From Patescibacteria group bacterium (GTDB lineage Bacteria > Patescibacteriota > Minisyncoccia > Phycocordibacterales > JBBUBG01), in NCBI GenBank assembly GCA_040384765.1, contig JAZKIQ010000005.1:125927-179246 (forward strand): DNA of 53,320 nucleotides, given 5' to 3'. This document shows, in pieces, positions 48,822-53,320 of this stretch. Position numbers and translations under genes: made by a program. Each line of letters starts with the position of its first letter. The stretch's first letter is position 1. The notes below the pieces were generated by a model. It was not told where the DNA came from. It saw only the letters and a list, made by a program, of their open reading frames with translations, and made no database searches.

Positions 48822-49124
48822 CTACCCTTCGATCCTCACATGAACACCATTTTCGATCTTGAACTTTCGCTTCTTGTTCTTTGCGATCTTTTGCACGATC
48901 TCCTTTTCAAGGTCAACACCGAGCATCTGTGCAAGCGACACGAGGTAGATAAATACATCGGCAAGCTCCTCCCCTACATCCGGTAGCTTTTTAACATATG
49001 CGTTAAACGCCTCGGAAAGCTCACCGTGAGTGAGACTAAACTCAAGGCCTACATCCGTCGTATTAAACTTCTTCTCGAGCTTGTTGCTCCAGATCTGTTT
49101 TTGTACTTTTTTAAAATCGAGCAT
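48822..49124 (-). CDS. MazG-like nucleotide pyrophosphohydrolase
   Basis: GELSEA..GEELADV..L..GVDL..KI.KN..R. Confidence 0.82.
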   Translation of the reverse strand: MLDFKKVQKQIWSNKLEKKFNTTDVGLEFSLTHGELSEAFNAYVKKLPDVGEELADVFIYLVSLAQMLGVDLEKEIVQKIAKNKKRKFKIENGVHVRIEG

Positions 49125-49165
49125 ATTTTTTAGGTAGTTTGCTTGCTTACCTTTCTTGCTTCATA

Positions 49166-49252
49166 CGGAGGAGGTGAGATTCGAACTCACGGAACTCTTG
49201 CGAGCTCGGCAGTTTAGTAAACTGCTACCTTAAACCACTCGGTCACTCCTCC
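49166..49252 (-). tRNA. tRNA-Ser with the unusual anticodon ACT
   Basis: GGAGGAG acceptor strand, GCAGT TT ACT AA ACTGC, long variable arm gagctc-gcaa-gagttc, TTCGAAT, G73. Confidence 0.9.
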
Positions 49253-49315
49253 CCAGGACCACCGTATCAAACTGTTTGAAAAAGCACCATGAGTACAGTA
49301 TAGTAAAACCTCATT

Positions 49316-49402
49316 GGAGGCGTGTCAGAGTGGTCGAATGTGCCCCCTTGCTAAGGGGGTAGGGTCTTAAAGCCCTCGGAGGTTCGAATCCTCCCGCCTC
49401 CG
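49316..49402 (+). tRNA. tRNA-Ser (anticodon GCT)
   Basis: GGAGGCG acceptor strand, CCCCC TT GCT AA GGGGG, long variable arm, G73. Confidence 0.93.
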
Positions 49403-49556
49403 TAATGATCCAAACAAAAGCGTTTTTATAGCTTTTTTTGGGTAATCATTACGATGAGGCGGGAGGATTCGAAAGCCGGAGCGCGGCGGCGCGAGGCGGG
49501 GTCGCAAAATTTTTCACGAGAAAAATATTTGTGACCGAATCCCAAGGAAGCCTCCG
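49403..49556 (+). repeat. tRNA-Ser 3' flanking element (antisense copy + core + direct copy)
   Basis: 18-nt antisense copy gaggcgggaggattcgaa at 49456-49473; core ggggtcgcaaaa..tgtgacc; direct copy gaatccc..gcctccg. Confidence 0.8.
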
Positions 49557-49579
49557 TTTTAGCAAAAAATCCTGAAATC

Positions 49580-49786
49580 ATGAACAAAGCACTTGTGGCA
49601 GTTATAGCGATTCTTGTCATCCTCGGTGGTGTAGCACTCTGGCAGCGACCAACCAGCTCAACAGCTCTCGATCTTTCAGACCCCGAGGCAGCTAAAAAAG
49701 CTGGCCTTGATATAACCAACCTCGAACAGGCGACCTCGACCTCTGGACTTCCTGAAGTACAGATCGACACCACAACAGGCCGCTAG
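49580..49786 (+). CDS. Small membrane-anchored hypothetical protein
   Basis: MNK followed by a TM segment; upstream of ahpC. Confidence 0.6.
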   Translation: MNKALVAVIAILVILGGVALWQRPTSSTALDLSDPEAAKKAGLDITNLEQATSTSGLPEVQIDTTTGR

Positions 49787-49806
49787 GAAGCTTCGCAACC
49801 ATTCTG

Positions 49807-50388
49807 ATGCTCAAAATCAACGACAAACTGCCTGCATTCGAAGCACGAGCATTCGTAAACGGAAAAGAGAAGACGCTCAAGATCCCTGCGGATTTTAAGG
49901 GCAAATGGCTCGCCTTTGTGTTCTACCCTGCAGACTTTACGTTTGTGTGCCCTACAGAGCTCGAAGACCTCGCTGACCACTATGCCGCATTCAAGAAAGA
50001 GGGTGCTGAGATTTTTTCGGTATCGACTGACACTGTTTTTGTGCACAAAGCGTGGCATGACCACTCGGAGGCAATCAAAAAAGTAGAATACCCAATGCTT
50101 GCCGACCCAAGTGGAGCTATCTGCAAGATGTTCGGCACGTACATAGAAAATCCAGCGGACGAAGACGCCGGTCTCTCACTCCGCGGATCGTTTCTCGTAG
50201 ACCCGGATGGCCATGTAAAAACGATTGAGATTCACGCAAATGGCATCGGCCGCTCGGCAGCAGAGCTTCTCCGCAAGCTCCAAGCAGCGAAATTCGTAAA
50301 GGAGCACAAAGGCCAGGTGTGCCCCGCAAACTGGAAACCAGGAGAAAAGACCCTGAAGCCCGGTATGGATCTGGTAGGAAAAATCTAA
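49807..50388 (+). CDS. ahpC: Typical 2-Cys peroxiredoxin
   Basis: FYPADFTFVCPTE, VCPANW. Confidence 0.95.
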   Translation: MLKINDKLPAFEARAFVNGKEKTLKIPADFKGKWLAFVFYPADFTFVCPTELEDLADHYAAFKKEGAEIFSVSTDTVFVHKAWHDHSEAIKKVEYPMLADPSGAICKMFGTYIENPADEDAGLSLRGSFLVDPDGHVKTIEIHANGIGRSAAELLRKLQAAKFVKEHKGQVCPANWKPGEKTLKPGMDLVGKI

Positions 50389-50425
50389 ACAAAAAGAACC
50401 GCCCTCCGGGCGGTTCTTTTTGTTT
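50387..50425 (+). terminator. Intrinsic terminator after ahpC
   Basis: aaacaaaaagaaccgccc tcc gggcggttctttttgttt. Confidence 0.85.
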
Positions 50426-50459
50426 AACGCAAACTGCTCAAACCTTATATACTGAAACC

Positions 50460-50675
50460 ATGTTAAAGAAACCTCTTTTTTGGGTACTTCTAATGCTCTC
50501 TGGGGCTTTGTTGCCCTACCTTGTAGCCATCATCAAATGCTACAACGTCCACCCATGCATCGCTCGAAGTGGCGACTACACGCTTATGTTTACTCTTTAC
50601 AGCATCGCCTTTATTGGCCTCGTTGGCACGATCATCACCACGATACGCAGCCTCCTTCGCAAAAAAGATCGGTAA
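50460..50675 (+). CDS. Small 2-TM membrane protein
   Basis: MLKKPLFWVLL...; -10 box TATACT 6 nt upstream. Confidence 0.6.
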   Translation: MLKKPLFWVLLMLSGALLPYLVAIIKCYNVHPCIARSGDYTLMFTLYSIAFIGLVGTIITTIRSLLRKKDR

Positions 50676-50689
50676 GGTAAGCTTATCCG

Positions 50690-52858
50690 ATGCACCCTTC
50701 CGACCCTCTTTCCAAACATTTCCCCCGCCTCAACCCGATTCAGAAAAAAGCGCTTGAGAAGATGGGTCTTGAAACAGTTCGCGACCTTCTCTTCACTTTT
50801 CCCTCTCGCTATGGCGAAAAGATCGAGACGAGGCGCATCGCCGACCTCGCAAAAGGCGACACCGCGAGCATTATCGGGCGCGTCTCAAAAGTAAAGACTG
50901 GGAAGGCGTTTAAAAAGCGCTTCCCTATTGGCGAGATGATCATCACCGACGACTCGGGCTCGATCAAGGCATTTTGGTACCACCAGGTGTACCTCGCAAA
51001 AAAGGTACCCGAGGGCGAGCTCGCGCGCATCTCGGGCCCGGTGAGCCAGCGTAAAGCAAAAGAGGGCTCAGAGTTCCCCGGCGAGCTCTACTTTTCAAAC
51101 CCCGAGATCGAGGCGGTCAGCGGACCCGAAGTGGCCACCGCTGGCTCGCTCTTTGGCGATGGGAAAGAGTTTCAGATCCCTGTCTATCCAGAAACGCGAG
51201 GGCTTTCCTCAAGCTGGTTTCACCATGCCATAGACCGTGTGCTCCGTGGCCGCGCTCACGAAGCGCTCGAAGACCCACTCCCTCCTCATATCCTCAAAAA
51301 ATATCACCTTCCTTCTCTCGCGACGGCCCTCATCTGGATCCATGCTCCCCAATCGCCCGAAAATGCCGAAGTGGCCCGCAAACGATTCTCTTTCGAAGAG
51401 ATTTTTAGCATCCAGCTTGCCCGACAAAAAGATCGCCTGGCCTACCTCGACAACCCAAGCTTCACAATCAAAGCAACAGATGCCGTGCTCAACGACTTCC
51501 TTTCGCGACTGCCCTTTCCACTCACCAGCGCACAGAGGCGTGCCGTGGATGCGATAGCAAAAGATGTCAGAGGCGAGCGGCCGATGGCGAGGCTCCTCGA
51601 AGGAGATGTAGGCTCCGGCAAAACAGCGGTCGCGGCCGCAGTTTCATATCTCATCGTCCACGCATCTGCAAAAGGCCAACCTCTTCAAGTGGCATACATG
51701 GCTCCCACTGAAATATTGGCCCGCCAACAGTACGCCTCGTTTATTCAAAACTTCAAACACCTAGGCCTCCCCATTGGCCTCATCACTGGCGCAGGCGCGC
51801 AAAAGTTCCCATCGAAAATCTCCCCCGGTATGCCGACAGATGTCTCCCGCACTCAGATTCTCAAATGGGTGGCCTCTGGAGAGATGCCGATCGTTGTAGG
51901 CACACATGCGCTCATTCAAAAAACTGTCCAGTTTAAAAACCTCGCGCTCGTCGTGATCGACGAGCAGCATCGTTTTGGCCTTGCACAGCGCGCGCGGCTC
52001 GCAAAAAAGCACGAGCGTGTACCGCATCTCCTTTCGATGACCGCCACCCCGATTCCCCGCACACTCGCCCTCACTATCTATGGCGATCTCGATCTGTCAG
52101 TGCTCGACGAGCTTCCACCAGGAAGGAAACAGGTCCTCACGGAGATTGTTCCTCCCACAAAAAGAGACGCCACCTACGAAGCGATCCGCAAAGAGCTCAA
52201 AACTGGCCGCCAGCTTTTTGTGATCTGTCCTCGAGTCGCAGAGCCTGACCCAACAAAAGAGATGGCGCTTCTTGCGAAGTCGGCCACCGAAGAAGCAAAG
52301 CGCCTCAAAAAAGAGGTGTTCCGCGAGTTTGAAATAGGACTTGTTACCGGCAAGCAAAAGCCTGATGACAAAGAGCGCGCGATGCGCGACTTTGCATCAG
52401 GCAAAACACAGATTCTTGTAGCGACGTCCGTGATTGAAGTAGGTGTAAACATACCGAACGCAACGATGATTATCATTGAAGGATCGGAACGATTTGGCCT
52501 GGCACAGCTCCACCAGCTCCGCGGCCGTGTGGTGCGCTCCTCGCATCAGGCATACTGCTATCTGTTTACCGAAACAAAATCGCCGAAAAGCATGGAGCGC
52601 CTCAAAGCGCTCGCAACAGCAAAAAACGGCTTCGAGCTTGCTGAGCTCGACTTGGCCATGCGCGGCGCAGGAGAGCTCTCAGGTACGAAGCAGTGGGGTA
52701 TCTCCGACCTTGGCATGGAAGCGATCAAGAATATAAAAATGGTGGAGGCGGCCCGCGCCGAAGCACAGGAGCTTGTTCGGAAAGATCCAGAGCTCAGTGG
52801 ACACCCATTGTTGCGAGAAAAAATGGAAAAAGAGACGGGAGAAATCCATTTTGAGTAG
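50690..52858 (+). CDS. recG: ATP-dependent DNA helicase RecG
   Basis: GDVGSGKT, MAPTEILA, DEQH, MTATPIPR, QLRGRV. Confidence 0.96.
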   Translation: MHPSDPLSKHFPRLNPIQKKALEKMGLETVRDLLFTFPSRYGEKIETRRIADLAKGDTASIIGRVSKVKTGKAFKKRFPIGEMIITDDSGSIKAFWYHQVYLAKKVPEGELARISGPVSQRKAKEGSEFPGELYFSNPEIEAVSGPEVATAGSLFGDGKEFQIPVYPETRGLSSSWFHHAIDRVLRGRAHEALEDPLPPHILKKYHLPSLATALIWIHAPQSPENAEVARKRFSFEEIFSIQLARQKDRLAYLDNPSFTIKATDAVLNDFLSRLPFPLTSAQRRAVDAIAKDVRGERPMARLLEGDVGSGKTAVAAAVSYLIVHASAKGQPLQVAYMAPTEILARQQYASFIQNFKHLGLPIGLITGAGAQKFPSKISPGMPTDVSRTQILKWVASGEMPIVVGTHALIQKTVQFKNLALVVIDEQHRFGLAQRARLAKKHERVPHLLSMTATPIPRTLALTIYGDLDLSVLDELPPGRKQVLTEIVPPTKRDATYEAIRKELKTGRQLFVICPRVAEPDPTKEMALLAKSATEEAKRLKKEVFREFEIGLVTGKQKPDDKERAMRDFASGKTQILVATSVIEVGVNIPNATMIIIEGSERFGLAQLHQLRGRVVRSSHQAYCYLFTETKSPKSMERLKALATAKNGFELAELDLAMRGAGELSGTKQWGISDLGMEAIKNIKMVEAARAEAQELVRKDPELSGHPLLREKMEKETGEIHFE

Positions 52859-52865
52859 AGGGCTC

Positions 52866-53040
52866 GCGCTTTTTGCCCTGAGAAGCGGCTTCGAAACCTA
52901 AAAGGAAATAGTCGCAATTGGCTTCTTCAAAATGGTCGCGGTTCCCGTGAGCACTTCGTGTCTCACGACCACTATTTTGAGAATCCGATGCTCCTTTTCC
53001 TTAAAAGTTTTCTGCAGATGCTTCTCAGGGCAAAAAGCGC
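52866..53040. repeat. Long imperfect palindrome downstream of recG
   Basis: Outer arms gcgctttttgccctgagaagc / gcttctcagggcaaaaagcgc; inner stems tcaaaat/attttga and gtgag/ctcac. Confidence 0.75.
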
Positions 53041-53072
53041 TCGCTGACCGGAAACAGTTCGGGATATTTTAT

Positions 53073-53108
53073 AAAAGAAAAAGCGCAGGTTGTTTTCACA
53101 ACCTGCGC
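53073..53108 (-). terminator. Intrinsic terminator of the small minus-strand gene
   Basis: Stem gcgcaggttg/caacctgcgc with a U-tract on the minus strand. Confidence 0.75.
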
Positions 53109-53142
53109 CGAGCGCGAGGATCTTTGCGATCCGCGCTATCTA

Positions 53143-53283
53143 CTACATCACGAGGAGGAGAATCCCTCCCACGAGGAGCACCAGGCCGGCGACGACCACG
53201 ATGATCGCCTTCCATTCGCCCTTGTCCTGCTGCGCCTGCACCGCTTCCCAAGCCTTGCTCTCGGGACCATTCGACTTGCTCAT
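53143..53283 (-). CDS. 46-aa single-TM small protein
   Basis: MSKSNGPESKAWEAVQAQQDKGEWKAIIVVVAGLVLLVGGILLLVM; SD AAGGAAGG, GC3-rich codons, tandem TAG TAG stops, terminator downstream. Confidence 0.7.
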   Translation of the reverse strand: MSKSNGPESKAWEAVQAQQDKGEWKAIIVVVAGLVLLVGGILLLVM

Positions 53284-53320
53284 CTCAAACCTTCCTTGTT
53301 TCGCCTTGTTGGTTGTTGTC

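Noticed and set aside
52932-53204. 90-aa plus-strand ORF after recG
   Set aside because: It runs through a palindrome and a terminator and is antisense to the better-supported small minus-strand gene.

Overview
This 53.3-kb window is a gene-dense bacterial fragment using code 11 (TGA stops occur), mostly on the minus strand. Gene content and compactness point to Patescibacteria/CPR, probably Parcubacteria (inference). Protein-coding content: obgE; a grx-trxB-zwf-gnd NADPH/redox cluster; a partial de novo pyrimidine cluster (pyrD-like, pyrC, pyrB, cmk-like); rlmB-like methylase, thermonuclease, family-4 UDG, a GT2, a GIY-YIG nuclease, ftsEX, a short prfB, ABC transporters (one frameshifted); gatCA and ligA; a large type IV pilus/competence locus (pilM/N/O, pilB, pilT, pilC, pilD, pilins, comF); ahpC and recG. 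There are eight tRNAs. The most unusual signals are non-coding. (1) Five tRNA genes carry flanking structured elements in which a shared core is bracketed by copies of that tRNA's own end; most have both an antisense and a direct copy. (2) A family of about 120-220 bp palindromes sits on stop codons, with a conserved core but copy-specific self-complementary arms. (3) Palindromic inserts lie in frame inside the cleavable leaders of prepilins. (4) A tRNA-Ser with the normally absent ACT anticodon sits back-to-back with tRNA-Ser(GCT). Many genes look leaderless (-10 box 6-7 nt before the start codon), while a GC-rich subset has Shine-Dalgarno sites.
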